In this document: positions 30,472 through 40,180 of the stretch, one piece after another
Numbering within the stretch: the first letter of the stretch is position 1
How the letters are laid out: every line of letters begins with the position of its first letter
NCBI GenBank assembly: GCA_963745235.1
Contig: CAVUXE010000053.1
Span: 256,001-320,000 of the forward strand
DNA length: 64,000 nucleotides
Direction: 5' to 3'
From: an uncultured Spirochaetota bacterium
GTDB taxonomy: Bacteria; Spirochaetota; Spirochaetia; SZUA-6; Fen-1364
Notes under the pieces: model-generated
Seen by the model: the letters and a program-made list of their open reading frames with translations, nothing else
Told to the model about the DNA's origin: nothing
Database searches by the model: none
Position numbers and translations under genes: made by a program

Positions 30472-30921
30472 ATGGACGTTCGTATCCGCGAGGCCACGGA
30501 AGCCGACCTCGAACAGATTCTGGAAATCTACCGGGACGCCGGAATCGAGATGCACGGGAAACAGTCCCTGGAGAGTGCCCGGGCGGTGTTCAGGAAGATG
30601 GGGACATACCCCAACTACAAGTTGTACGTTGCTGCAATGGACGGCCGCGTGTCGGGAACATTCGCCCTCCTCATCATGGACAACCTCGCGAACGGCGGTC
30701 TGCCTTCCGGCGTGCTGGAGGATGTGGCCGTGCTGCGCTCCTGCCAGGGCAAAGGCATCGGGAAAGCAATGATGCAGAGCGCCCTTCGGACGTGCCGGGA
30801 TTCCAAGTGCTACAAGATGGTGCTGTCCAGCAATACGGCGAGGACCGGGGCGCACAAGTTCTATGAATCTCTCGGGTTTGTCCGCCACGGGTTCAGCTTT
30901 CGCGTCGACCTCTCCCCGTGA
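30472..30921 (+). CDS. GNAT N-acetyltransferase
   Basis: IREATEADL, LEDVAV..QGKGIGK, CYKMVLSSN..R..AHKFYESLGF. Confidence 0.9.
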   Translation: MDVRIREATEADLEQILEIYRDAGIEMHGKQSLESARAVFRKMGTYPNYKLYVAAMDGRVSGTFALLIMDNLANGGLPSGVLEDVAVLRSCQGKGIGKAMMQSALRTCRDSKCYKMVLSSNTARTGAHKFYESLGFVRHGFSFRVDLSP

Positions 30922-31191
30922 AGGTGTTCCCTCTCATGTTCCGCGAACGTTCCGTCCCGGGCGGTTCGAGTGAGCACAAGCACCCCGGGCGAGTTGAGGG
31001 TTTTCGAGCGCTTTTCGCGCTGGAATATGCCCGCTTGCGGCTGGTGAAAGTCCTTTTCCATAGTGGCACGGTGCTTGCAACAAAGTGCTGGCTATTCGGC
31101 GGCCTCTTCGCGCTGATTTTTGCGTCCACCTACCTGACGGGCAGAAGGTGGGAAGCCATGGCGACACAGGGGCAGCGGGGGGAACCGAACC

Positions 31192-31678
31192 ATGGCGGAG
31201 ATTGAGGTGCGCGCCGGTGATGTCGACACCGCTATCACGGTCATGCGCGAGGTCGCCCAGTGGTGCATTGACGTCGGGAAAAGCATGTGGAATCTCCAGG
31301 AGTTGACGCGTGACATGCTCCTGCGCCATCCGCGGACGGAGAGCAGCTTCATCGTCGCCTGGTCCGACGGCCAGCCCGCGGCCTCCATGATCCTCCAATG
31401 GCATGATCCGCAGTTCTGGCCCGGGGTAGAAGAGAATGAGTCCGGCTTCATTCACAAGCTGTGCGTCCGCAGGAGCTTTGCAGGGACGGGTCTGTCGACG
31501 AAAATGGTGGGATATGCGGCCAGCGAATGCCGCAGGAGAGGGGCGGGGTACCTGCGTCTGGACACCGATTCCACAAAGCCGAGGCTCTGCGCCCTCTACG
31601 AAGGGCTGGGATTCAAACGGGCCGGCCGGTAAGCTTCTGGATGGCAGGGACTACGCTCTTTACGAGCTGAAAATATGA
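31192..31678 (+). CDS. GNAT N-acetyltransferase; frameshift near 31628
   Basis: IHKLCVRRSFAGTG, LRLDT, LYEGLGF; C-terminus KLLDGRDYALYELKI* in another frame. Confidence 0.85.
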
Positions 31679-31888
31679 GATCCTCCAGTGTTCCACAGGC
31701 TTGTTCCACTGGTGGAACAGTGGCGCAGGGTTTGCCCCCCCGCGGGACCCCCTGGCGGGCAATCCGGCCTCCCGGGAGCTGGTTGATGGCTGTTAATCAA
31801 TTCCTAGAAGGAATTAGGCGATCTCCCAGCCCGGCATTGTTGACCATCCCCGATTCAGGGTTGGCATAGGGCTTGCAGCAAGAGAACG

Positions 31889-32311
31889 ATGGCAATGCAC
31901 GGACACATCAGGCCAGTGTTTGAATTGCGGGAAGGCATGATGGTAGGTTTTCCGGAGCTCGATGAGCAGCACCGGAGCATTGTCGCTGCAATCAGGGAGC
32001 TGTTTGAGCGACAGCAGCAGGGGATGGAGCTGAAAACGGCGTTGGATGCGCTGGTGGCCCGCGTCCAGGAACACACCCGCACCGAAGAAGGCTTCCTCCT
32101 GAAAAACCACGTTGCCGGCTTCAAGGACCATCACATGCGCCACACCACATTCCTGGCCGGGCTGGTGGACCTGCGGGACCGGGCGCAGCAGGAAGGTTTT
32201 GTCATGGCGCCGGACGTCGCGGAACTTTTGATGGAATATTTCGTTGCTCATATTCTCACCGTGGATGGGAGCTATTCCAATCTGGCTCAAAGGCGAGCAC
32301 TGACTCGCTGA
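31889..32311 (+). CDS. bacteriohemerythrin-like protein
   Basis: LDEQH, HTRTEE, HHMRH, HILTVD di-iron ligand pattern. Confidence 0.85.
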   Translation: MAMHGHIRPVFELREGMMVGFPELDEQHRSIVAAIRELFERQQQGMELKTALDALVARVQEHTRTEEGFLLKNHVAGFKDHHMRHTTFLAGLVDLRDRAQQEGFVMAPDVAELLMEYFVAHILTVDGSYSNLAQRRALTR

Positions 32312-32333
32312 TGTGCGCACCAAGGAGAGATCG

Positions 32334-32696
32334 ATGACTGGCTTGGACAAGGAGAGTGTTCTCCGCTATCGAAAGACCGTCCAGTCCCTGGTTCCGCGGT
32401 TTGTGCCCGCGGGGAAGTCCGTGGACGGAGTGCTGGAAGAGCTCGCTGAAAAGTGGAACCCTCTTTTCGATTCCCGGCAGAGACAGGACCTCGTGGAGGA
32501 CGTGAATGCGCTCGTGCGGGACTTCCTGCGCCCCCTGCGGCAGAGCTTCGTCCAGAGGTGTCCCGACCCGGACAGGATCCGCGGCCTTGCCGAGCAGCTT
32601 TCGCGAAGCGGGAGCCTCGCAAGGATCGCGAAGAAGGATGCCCTCGTGCGCTACCTCGAGCTCTACGTCGTGCGATGTCTCGACACCATGAAGTGA
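32334..32696 (+). CDS. hypothetical helical protein
   Basis: AAGGAG RBS before MTGLDKES; plausible codon usage; no motif recognised. Confidence 0.6.
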   Translation: MTGLDKESVLRYRKTVQSLVPRFVPAGKSVDGVLEELAEKWNPLFDSRQRQDLVEDVNALVRDFLRPLRQSFVQRCPDPDRIRGLAEQLSRSGSLARIAKKDALVRYLELYVVRCLDTMK

Positions 32697-32704
32697 GCGG
32701 GTCC

Positions 32705-32732
32705 TTGACAACGTCTTCCTGACTGCTACGCT
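32705..32732 (+). promoter_or_regulatory. sigma70-type promoter, probably leaderless
   Basis: TTGACA, 16-nt spacer, TACGCT ending 7 nt before ATG 32740; no SD. Confidence 0.6.
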
Positions 32733-32739
32733 CATCCGC

Positions 32740-33669
32740 ATGCGGAAAATGCTGTTCCTCCTTCTCTGCGCCCTGTCTATCCCGGTCCAGGGGCATGCTG
32801 ACCTTTCCGTCGGGCTCATGCCCGCCATGAATTCGATCCCGCTCGTGGTGGCGGAAAAAGCGGGATTCTTCTCCGATTTCGGGGTGAACGTGCGTCTGGT
32901 GCCCTTCTCCGGCCAACTCGAGCGGGAGACAGCGCTGCAGACCGGAGCAATAGACGGGACGATCTCAGACATGATCAACGCGATCCAGGCGTGGACGCAT
33001 GGCTTCGGCGCGCGAGTGACCTCCGTCAGCGAAGGGAGCTTCAGCCTGCTTTCCGCTCCGGGCTCGAAGCTCGCGACCATGGCGGACCTGCGTCGGCCGG
33101 GCGGCAGCGTGAAGACCGGCCTCCTGCAAAGCAGCATCGTGAACTACCTCACGCAGCGGATGATGGAGTCCAACGGCGCGGACCCGAAGCGGATCGAGCT
33201 CGTGCCGATTGTCGCCCTTCCCGCCCGGCTCGAAATGCTCCTTGCGGGGAGGATCGACGCGGCCTGCCTTCCTGAGCCGCTTGCCACCGTGGCGCTCGCC
33301 CGGGGAGCCCACCGGCTCGCTGACACCGAGGAGATGGGAACCACCCCCGGGGTCATCCTCTTCACGGCGAAGGCACTGGCCGAAAAGTCCAGCGAGGTCG
33401 CCCGTTTCTATCGCGCATACGACAGGGCGGTGGCGGAGATAAACGCCAACGGTGAATCGTATCGAGGCGCCATCGTGGCCGGGTGCGAGTTTCCGCCCGC
33501 CGCGCGGGACCTGATGCGGATTCCGCGCTTCCGCCGGTCTTTCACACCGACCGAAGCTCAGGTCTCCGATGTCACGGCGTGGATGAAGGAGAACGGACTG
33601 ATATCGGCTGGACCGCGCTACGAGGAAATCGTCGTCCGGGGGTTTGCGGCGGATGCTGGAGATCAGTAA
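32740..33669 (+). CDS. NitT/TauT (SsuA-like) ABC substrate-binding protein
   Basis: signal peptide, PLVVAEKAGFF, ALQTGAIDG, DAACLPEP. Confidence 0.87.
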   Translation: MRKMLFLLLCALSIPVQGHADLSVGLMPAMNSIPLVVAEKAGFFSDFGVNVRLVPFSGQLERETALQTGAIDGTISDMINAIQAWTHGFGARVTSVSEGSFSLLSAPGSKLATMADLRRPGGSVKTGLLQSSIVNYLTQRMMESNGADPKRIELVPIVALPARLEMLLAGRIDAACLPEPLATVALARGAHRLADTEEMGTTPGVILFTAKALAEKSSEVARFYRAYDRAVAEINANGESYRGAIVAGCEFPPAARDLMRIPRFRRSFTPTEAQVSDVTAWMKENGLISAGPRYEEIVVRGFAADAGDQ

Positions 33670-34392
33670 CTGCTCAGCCGGATACGATGGGAAACAGGTC
33701 TTTCACGACGTCAGCCTTTCAGTTTCCGGGGAAAAACCGGCTGCATCATCGGACCCAGCGGCTGCGGGAAGACAACCCTCCTCATGCTGGCAGCCGGGCT
33801 GAAGGGCGCGGATGCCGGCTCGGTGCGGCTTGACGGGCTGCCCGTCACCGCGGGGGACAGCCGCGTCGGGCTGATACTCCAGCACTATGGCCTTTTCCCC
33901 TGGCTCACAGTTTCCGAAAACATCGCTGTGGGTCTCCGCCTGAGGCACGTGGCGGCAGCGGCCCGGCGCAGGATGGTTGCCCGTGAGCTTTCCCGGCTCG
34001 GACTGCAGGAATGCGCGGAGCGCTACCCGAACGCGTTGAGCGGAGGGCAGCAGCAGAGGGTTGCCATTGCGCGGAGCATGACCCTGGCCCCGCGCCTGCT
34101 GCTGATGGATGAGCCGTTTTCCGCGCTGGATGCGATGACCAGGGAGTCGCTGCAGGACGTCCTCTTGCAGACGCTGGAGGACAATTCCATGACCGTGCTC
34201 CTGGTCACTCACAGCATCGAGGAGGCGGCGTACCTCGGGGGGAGAATATGGCTCCTGGCAGGTTCCCCGGCGCGGATCCAGATGTGCTTCGAGAACCCCG
34301 GCCACGGAGCGCCGGGGTACAGGACTGACCCGTCGTTCTTTCGCCTGTGCGCGGAGATCCGGCGGCACCTGGAGCGCAGCCAGTGCGTTTGA
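33653..34392 (+). CDS. NitT/TauT ABC ATP-binding protein; frameshift near 33729
   Basis: MLEISNCS..IIGPSGCGKTT, LFPWLTV, LSGGQQQR, MDEPFSALD, VTHSIEEA. Confidence 0.88.
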
Positions 34393-35138
34393 TGGCGCGC
34401 GCGCGTCTGCTGCCGGGGATCCTGGGGCTGACCGGCCTCGTTGCGGCATGGTGGGTGCTCTCCGTCTGTCTTCCCCCGGGCTTCGTCCCCGGTCCTCTCT
34501 CGGTTGCCGTCCGCTTCATCCAACTCGCCCCGACAGTGCTCTGGGTGCACGCGCTGGTCAGCGTGGGCAGGATGGGGGCCGCGGTGGCCCTTGCCCTTCT
34601 CACCGGCGTTCCCGCCGGTATTGCGCTGGGACGCGTGCGGTCGCTTGACCGGTTGTTTTCCCCCGTGGCCTACGTCCTGTACCCGGTCCCCAAGATCGCC
34701 CTGCTGCCCGTCGTCATGCTGCTGTTCGGGCTCGGCAACCTGTCGAAGGCAGTGGTCGTCTATCTCGTCCTCTTCTTCCAGGTTCTCCTGTCCAGCCGTG
34801 ACGGCGCGCGCGAGATACCGTCCCCGTACATCCTGTCCCTTCGATCACTCGGCGCGAACCGCTGGCAGACCCTCCGGTACGGCATCTGGCCCGCGCTGTT
34901 GCCGGGGCTGCTTTCGTCCCTTCGTGTCGGAACGGGGACGGCCCTGGCCGTCCTGTTCTTTGCGGAGACTTTCGGGACATCGCTCGGGCTGGGCTGGTTC
35001 GTCATGGAGTGCTGGATGCGGATGTCGTACGTGGACATGTTCGCGGGGATCATGTGCCTGGGGCTCGTCGGGCTCGGGCTCTTTCTGGGGATCGATCTGC
35101 TCCAGCGGACTCTGTGCAGGTGGCAGCGGAAGGTCTGA
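34392..35138 (+). CDS. NitT/TauT ABC permease
   Basis: YPVPKIALLP, SLGANRWQ, FFAETFG..GLG. Confidence 0.9.
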   Translation: MARARLLPGILGLTGLVAAWWVLSVCLPPGFVPGPLSVAVRFIQLAPTVLWVHALVSVGRMGAAVALALLTGVPAGIALGRVRSLDRLFSPVAYVLYPVPKIALLPVVMLLFGLGNLSKAVVVYLVLFFQVLLSSRDGAREIPSPYILSLRSLGANRWQTLRYGIWPALLPGLLSSLRVGTGTALAVLFFAETFGTSLGLGWFVMECWMRMSYVDMFAGIMCLGLVGLGLFLGIDLLQRTLCRWQRKV

Positions 35139-35149
35139 GGCACGCGTTC

Positions 35150-36322
35150 TCAGACCCGTTGCTCATTCACGAAAAAGGAAACCCTGGTTCCTTTGCCAGG
35201 GGAAGACTGGACGTCGATCTTTCCCCCGACCGCCCGCGCTCTTTCTCTCATGCTGAGCAGCCCCAGGGACAGAGGGCGGTCCTCCCGGCTGAATCCGCTG
35301 CCGTCGTCCTGCACCTGCACGGAAAGCCGGCCGCCGTCACGGTCCACTGACACACTCACGCTGGAAGGCTGCGCATGGCGCGCGGCGTTCGTCAGCGCTT
35401 CCTGCACGATCCGGTAAGCGGCAAGGGAGACCTCGAAGGACTGGCCGTCGAACGTCCCTGTCGCGGCGAAGGTGACAGGGATGCGCGTGCGTCCCGTGAA
35501 CTCCGCGATCATTTCCTGGACTGCCCCGGGGAGGCCGATGCGCTTCAGCTCCGTCGGCGACAGCGACGCGGAGAGGGCCCTGATCTCTCGGAGTATCTTC
35601 CCGGCGACATCGCCCAGCTGATCGATCTGCTCAGCGTCCAGCGCGGCGCCTGCCTGGCGCGCCTGGCTCAGGATGATGGAAAGGTAGGTGAGCTGCTGGC
35701 CGGCATCGTCGTGGAGCGCCTCCGCCACTGTCTGCCGCTCTCTTTCCTGGAGCTTGATGAGGCCGTCGGTGAGCTCGCGAAGCTCCTTTTCCGTTCGTTT
35801 GCGCTCCGTGATGTCCACAAGAGTCATGCGAAGCTCATCTGCCCCGGTGTCACAGGTGAAATCCACCTTGACCCACGCGCGGGCGCCGCCGGCGTGAACG
35901 AGGAGGGCATCGAAGGAGCGGGCGGTCCCTGATGCGCGGGCCTCCGCGGCCACCCGGAAGAATGTGCTGCGAAAGCTTTCCTCCAGGTACGAGGAGAACC
36001 GGCGGGTCGGCGGGGAAGGCCTTGGAATCCCGAGAATCTTCGACGCGGCGATGTTCGCCTGGGTGATGAGGTTGTGCCTGTCCAGCGTGAGGTATCCCAC
36101 GGGCGCGTTGTCGTAGAGCGACATGTAGCGGTCCCGCATTCTCTGAAGCTCATCCTCGGTGTGGCGCAGCTCTTCGACCTGCAGCTCGAGCTCCACCTGG
36201 TGCACGCGCAGCTCGTGCAGGGCCTCGAGGTACGTCGCATCCGGGGGCGCCGCCGGGCTCTCCGCTACGATCTTTTCCGCCCGCGTGCGCAGCGTCCTCC
36301 TGCCGGACTTCTTCGGTTTCAT
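35150..36322 (-). CDS. PAS-domain sensor histidine kinase (HisKA_3, NarX/UhpB type)
   Basis: HELRVHQVELE, YDNAPVGY, ERERQTVAEALHDDAGQ, QEALTNAARHA, DDGSGF, GLLSMRER. Confidence 0.92.
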   Translation of the reverse strand: MKPKKSGRRTLRTRAEKIVAESPAAPPDATYLEALHELRVHQVELELQVEELRHTEDELQRMRDRYMSLYDNAPVGYLTLDRHNLITQANIAASKILGIPRPSPPTRRFSSYLEESFRSTFFRVAAEARASGTARSFDALLVHAGGARAWVKVDFTCDTGADELRMTLVDITERKRTEKELRELTDGLIKLQERERQTVAEALHDDAGQQLTYLSIILSQARQAGAALDAEQIDQLGDVAGKILREIRALSASLSPTELKRIGLPGAVQEMIAEFTGRTRIPVTFAATGTFDGQSFEVSLAAYRIVQEALTNAARHAQPSSVSVSVDRDGGRLSVQVQDDGSGFSREDRPLSLGLLSMRERARAVGGKIDVQSSPGKGTRVSFFVNEQRV

Positions 36323-38805
36323 GGCGGGGTGATGTGCTCGCTGATGTCGATGAAGGAAAGCACGACCCCGGCAATCGCGTCGTGGGCGGTGCGATAGGGA
36401 TGAAGCCGCATCGAATACCAGTGCCCGTCCCCGGTCTGCACCACTTTGCGATACGGGATGAGAGAATCCAGCACTTTCTGCGCGTGCTCGACCAGGTCTT
36501 CCCCCCGGAGGCTGGATGTCACGTGGCCCAGGGGCCTGCCCACGTCCGTGCTGATCAGGTTGAAGATCCGCGTCGCGTCCGGCGTGTAGCGCTTGATCTG
36601 CAGGGCGTTGTCGAGGAAGATCGTCGCGATGTCGCTGCTGTTGAGGAGGTTCATCATGTCATCGTTGATGACCGAGAGCTCCTCGATGGTGTTCTGGTAT
36701 TCGTTGTTCACCGTCAGGAGCTCCTCGTTGACGGATTGCAGCTCCTCCCGCGACGTCTCCAGCTCCTCGTTGGCGCTCTGCAGCTCTTCGTTGGTGGACT
36801 GGTACTCCTCGTTGGCGGACCGCAGCTCCTCGTTGGCCGTCTCCAGCTCCTCGATGGTGCTCTTGAGGCTCTCCCGCGTGTACTGCAGCTCCGCTTCCAT
36901 CTGGCGTATCCGCGAGTCGCCGGTGCCTTTTTTCACCGTCCCGCGGCTCTCCGGGATCGAAAGCGACTCGCTGAAGCTGACGACGGCGAACCCCTGCCTC
37001 TCCGGGATCCCGACGATGGGCTGCACGGAAATGCGCGTGAGATAGACGGCGCCGCCGCGCCTGATCCGCACGCCATCCCGCACGATGGGGTTCTTCTGCG
37101 CGCTCGCCTCGATGAGCGCGGAGGAGAGAGCGCCGCGGAGCTCCGGGCGTGCCATGTCCATGATGCTCATGTTGGGCTCCCCCTGAGCGAGCTCGAGGAA
37201 CCTGTTTGTCTCCCCGTGGACATAGACGATGCGGAAGGCGGAGTCCACGAGGACGGAGGGGACAAGCGCCTGCAGGAGGGACCTCTCGGACAGGCTCCCC
37301 GCGAGCGCCTCCGGGCTCCGCGGCTGTGCAACGGAAAGATCGAGCCACGACTGATGGACGGGTATCGGAATGCGAATGTCCGACGACCCCTGTCTCCCGT
37401 AGATTTTCCACTTGCTGTCCAGCACGCGGAAGTAATCGGCGTATTCGCCTATCGTTTCCGCGGTTCCCAGGAAGAGAATGCCTTCGTTGCCCAGGGAATA
37501 GTGCAGCAGGGGAATGAGGCGGCGTTGGAGGTCCGAGCCGAGGTAGATGAGCACATTGCGCACGGAGATCAGGTCCATGCGTGAAAAGGGCGGATCGTTG
37601 GTGACGTCCTGCACCGCAAAGACGAGCTTCTCCCGCAGCTCTTTTCTGACCTGCAGCTGGTTGTCGCTGCGGGTGAAGAAGCGGCGGATCCGCTCATCGC
37701 TGACGTCCTGCGCAATGGTCGCCGGGTACATGCCTGCCCGCGCGGTGGAAATGGCGTCCGGATCGATGTCGGTGCCGAACACCTGGATCTCCATGAACTT
37801 GCCCAGCTCTTCCACGCATTCCTGCAGGAGGATGGCGAGGGAAAACGGCTCCTCCCCCGTCGAACAGCCCGCGGCCCATGCCCGCACGGTGTCCCCGTCT
37901 TTTCGCGCCGACAGCCGCTCCAGCACCAGCTTCTTCAGCACATCGAATGCCGGCGCATCGCGGAAGAATTGCGTGACGTTGATGAGGAGGTCCTTGAACA
38001 AGGTCTCTGTTTCCTCAGGACTTCCCCCAAGAAGCTCGGTGTACTCGTGGAGAGACTCGATGCGGTTCACGTTCATCCGCCTCTCGAGGCGTCTCGTGAG
38101 GGTGGAGGCCTTGTAACCGGAGAAGTCCCGCCTGGTGCGCAGCCGTATGATGGAGAGGATCTTCTGCATGTCGCTGGATTGCATCTCCACTGCCTGGCGG
38201 CGCCTTTCCGCGCCGACCCCGTGGCGTACATACCCCATGAGGGCGGAAGGCATGTCCGCGGGCGCGCCCACGAAATCCGCGGCGCCGCTCGCAATTGCCG
38301 CGCGCGGCATGCCGTCATACCGGGCGGTGACCGGATCCTGCACGATGATCATGCCGAGCTCCGCCTTGATGGCCGCTGCCCCGAGAGCGCCGTCCCTGCC
38401 CGTGCCCGACAGGATGATGCCGATGGCCCGCTCCCTCAACTCTTTCGCGAGGGACTGGAAGAAGACGTCAATGAGAGAGAGCTCCGGTTGGTCGACGCGG
38501 TCCCGGAGCCTGAGCCCCCGCCCCTGCAGCGTCATGGTTTTTGTCGGCGGCATCACGTAGACATGGTCCGGCTCCACCTGCTCCTCTTCAGCCTCCGTGA
38601 CCGGCAACGCCGTGCGCCGGCCCAGCAGAGCCGCCATGGCGCTGGGGTGGGTGGGATCGAGGTGCTGGATTATGACGAATGCAATTCCGGGCCGGGCCGG
38701 GACAGCGCTGAAGAAATGCTCGAGCGCCTCCAGGCCGCCGGCGGAAGCGCCAATGCCGACGATGGGAAAATCCGTTCCTGGGCCACTCTTCCTCTTCCCA
38801 GCCAC
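36319..38805 (-). CDS. CheB methylesterase / CheR methyltransferase fusion with coiled coil and PAS
   Basis: GASAGG, QHLDP, LSGTGRDG (CheB); INVTQFFRD, AGCSTGEE, RNVLIY (CheR); NEELQS repeats; GGAGG RBS before GTG 38805. Confidence 0.92.
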   Translation of the reverse strand: MAGKRKSGPGTDFPIVGIGASAGGLEALEHFFSAVPARPGIAFVIIQHLDPTHPSAMAALLGRRTALPVTEAEEEQVEPDHVYVMPPTKTMTLQGRGLRLRDRVDQPELSLIDVFFQSLAKELRERAIGIILSGTGRDGALGAAAIKAELGMIIVQDPVTARYDGMPRAAIASGAADFVGAPADMPSALMGYVRHGVGAERRRQAVEMQSSDMQKILSIIRLRTRRDFSGYKASTLTRRLERRMNVNRIESLHEYTELLGGSPEETETLFKDLLINVTQFFRDAPAFDVLKKLVLERLSARKDGDTVRAWAAGCSTGEEPFSLAILLQECVEELGKFMEIQVFGTDIDPDAISTARAGMYPATIAQDVSDERIRRFFTRSDNQLQVRKELREKLVFAVQDVTNDPPFSRMDLISVRNVLIYLGSDLQRRLIPLLHYSLGNEGILFLGTAETIGEYADYFRVLDSKWKIYGRQGSSDIRIPIPVHQSWLDLSVAQPRSPEALAGSLSERSLLQALVPSVLVDSAFRIVYVHGETNRFLELAQGEPNMSIMDMARPELRGALSSALIEASAQKNPIVRDGVRIRRGGAVYLTRISVQPIVGIPERQGFAVVSFSESLSIPESRGTVKKGTGDSRIRQMEAELQYTRESLKSTIEELETANEELRSANEEYQSTNEELQSANEELETSREELQSVNEELLTVNNEYQNTIEELSVINDDMMNLLNSSDIATIFLDNALQIKRYTPDATRIFNLISTDVGRPLGHVTSSLRGEDLVEHAQKVLDSLIPYRKVVQTGDGHWYSMRLHPYRTAHDAIAGVVLSFIDISEHITPP

Positions 38806-38946
38806 GTTTCCTCCCTCAGCCAAGAGAGCCGGCAATTCCAAGCGTACCACATCACGGCGGGGATTGAAAGCGGAGTTTCCCTGTGGCAGGGCCGAAAGGA
38901 CCGCGGCGACCGAGGGACGGAAGCGCTGGGGTCGGGCCGCAAAGGG

Positions 38947-40086
38947 TCAGCCGCGATAGGACCGTCGGTATGCTCCTGGCGTGACCCCCTGGGAGCCGCG
39001 GAACGCCGCGTAGAATCGCTGCGCGTTCGCGAAGCCTGTCTCCGCCGCGATTGCCGCGACCGTCAAGGTGGTGTCGCGAAGCAGTCTGCGAGCCGCGTCA
39101 AGCCGCTGCTTGATGATTTCCTGGTGGATACTCCTGCCGACGGCTTTTCTGAACCTCTTCTCGAGGGTCCGCCGGGAGGAGGGCACGGACAGCACAACGG
39201 CACCGACGCTCCGAGGCCCCGCTGCGGTTCCGTGGATGAGCCGCATGGCCTCGTCCACCAGGGGATCTCCCGTTGTGATTGTCCTGGTCGATGCCCGCTC
39301 CACTACTTCCCGAGGCGAAACCAGGATGGGCGCCGAGCGCATCTGCCTGCCGGCCATGAATCCGTCCAGGGCTTCCGCTGCCTCCCAGCCGATGCGCTCC
39401 AGGTCCAGCGAAATGCTGGAAAGGGGCGGCACGGACAGCTCGCACAGAATGTCTTCGTTGTCCACGCCAAGGATCGCGACATCCGCCGGCACCTGCAGGC
39501 CCAGGCGCCTGCACGCAGCGCCCGCCTTCAGCCCCGCCGTGTCGTTGCAGGCGAACAGGGCCACCGGCTTACGAAGCCCGCGCAGCCATTCGTCGAAACG
39601 CCGCGACTCGCGCAGGCTCTCCCACCAGGCGAGGGGCCGCTCAAAAACTGAAACGCGTGACGGGGCGACCACGCTCCTGAACCCCTCCCGCCGTGCCTGC
39701 GACCAGCCCACTCTCCCGACCCCGCAGAAAGCGCAGGCGACGACTCCCAGGGTCTTCAGGTGCCGCCCGGCAAGAGCGCCGGTAGCAGCGTCGTCATTGC
39801 AGACCTGGCGGAAAGCCGGTCTTCCCCACGCCCCCGCGACGTCCACCACCGGGATGCCGCGGGCGGCCAGCTGGTCCGCGTGCCTGCTGGACTCGATGCG
39901 CGCCACCAGCCCGTCACCGTCCCATCGCTCCAGGGATCCCAGGGACTGGAACATCCAGCCGTAGCCGTACAGATCCCAGTCCGGCCTTCCACGCGCGAAG
40001 CGCACCACCCCCCGCGCAATCCCGTGCTCGAAGTGGTCAATGAGGCCCATGAACAGCCCGACGCGCCGCCGCCTGTGTCCCCGCAT
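38947..40086 (-). CDS. XylR-type regulator (periplasmic-binding fold plus AraC HTH)
   Basis: FACND, VPADVAILGVDN, PPLSSI, RRTLEKRF, TPGAYRR. Confidence 0.9.
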   Translation of the reverse strand: MRGHRRRRVGLFMGLIDHFEHGIARGVVRFARGRPDWDLYGYGWMFQSLGSLERWDGDGLVARIESSRHADQLAARGIPVVDVAGAWGRPAFRQVCNDDAATGALAGRHLKTLGVVACAFCGVGRVGWSQARREGFRSVVAPSRVSVFERPLAWWESLRESRRFDEWLRGLRKPVALFACNDTAGLKAGAACRRLGLQVPADVAILGVDNEDILCELSVPPLSSISLDLERIGWEAAEALDGFMAGRQMRSAPILVSPREVVERASTRTITTGDPLVDEAMRLIHGTAAGPRSVGAVVLSVPSSRRTLEKRFRKAVGRSIHQEIIKQRLDAARRLLRDTTLTVAAIAAETGFANAQRFYAAFRGSQGVTPGAYRRSYRG

Positions 40087-40097
40087 TCACCCTCTCT

Positions 40098-40132
40098 TAC
40101 GCAAAACGTGATAAAGTATACGCAATTTGGAC
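40098..40132 (+). promoter_or_regulatory. AraC/XylR-type direct-repeat operator
   Basis: TACGCAA at 40098 and 40119 (21-bp spacing) between the regulator and the divergent epimerase. Confidence 0.65.
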
Positions 40133-40180
40133 ACCCCCGCAAGGCTGATCCGGGATACGATGGCGGGTGGAGGAGCAGAG

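Noticed and set aside
30918-31205. 95-aa ORF as an independent gene
   Set aside because: Only its 3' part is protein-like, and that part is the duplicated remnant of the membrane gene at 29872.
31783-31800. FNR box upstream of the hemerythrin (TTGAT...ATCAA)
   Set aside because: The spacer is 8 nt rather than 4, and the 4-nt alternative has two mismatches; too weak to call.
36700-36870. 21-bp periodic cagctcctcgttgg repeats as a CRISPR or minisatellite
   Set aside because: They encode the NEEL heptads of the CheB/CheR coil; no spacers or cas genes.
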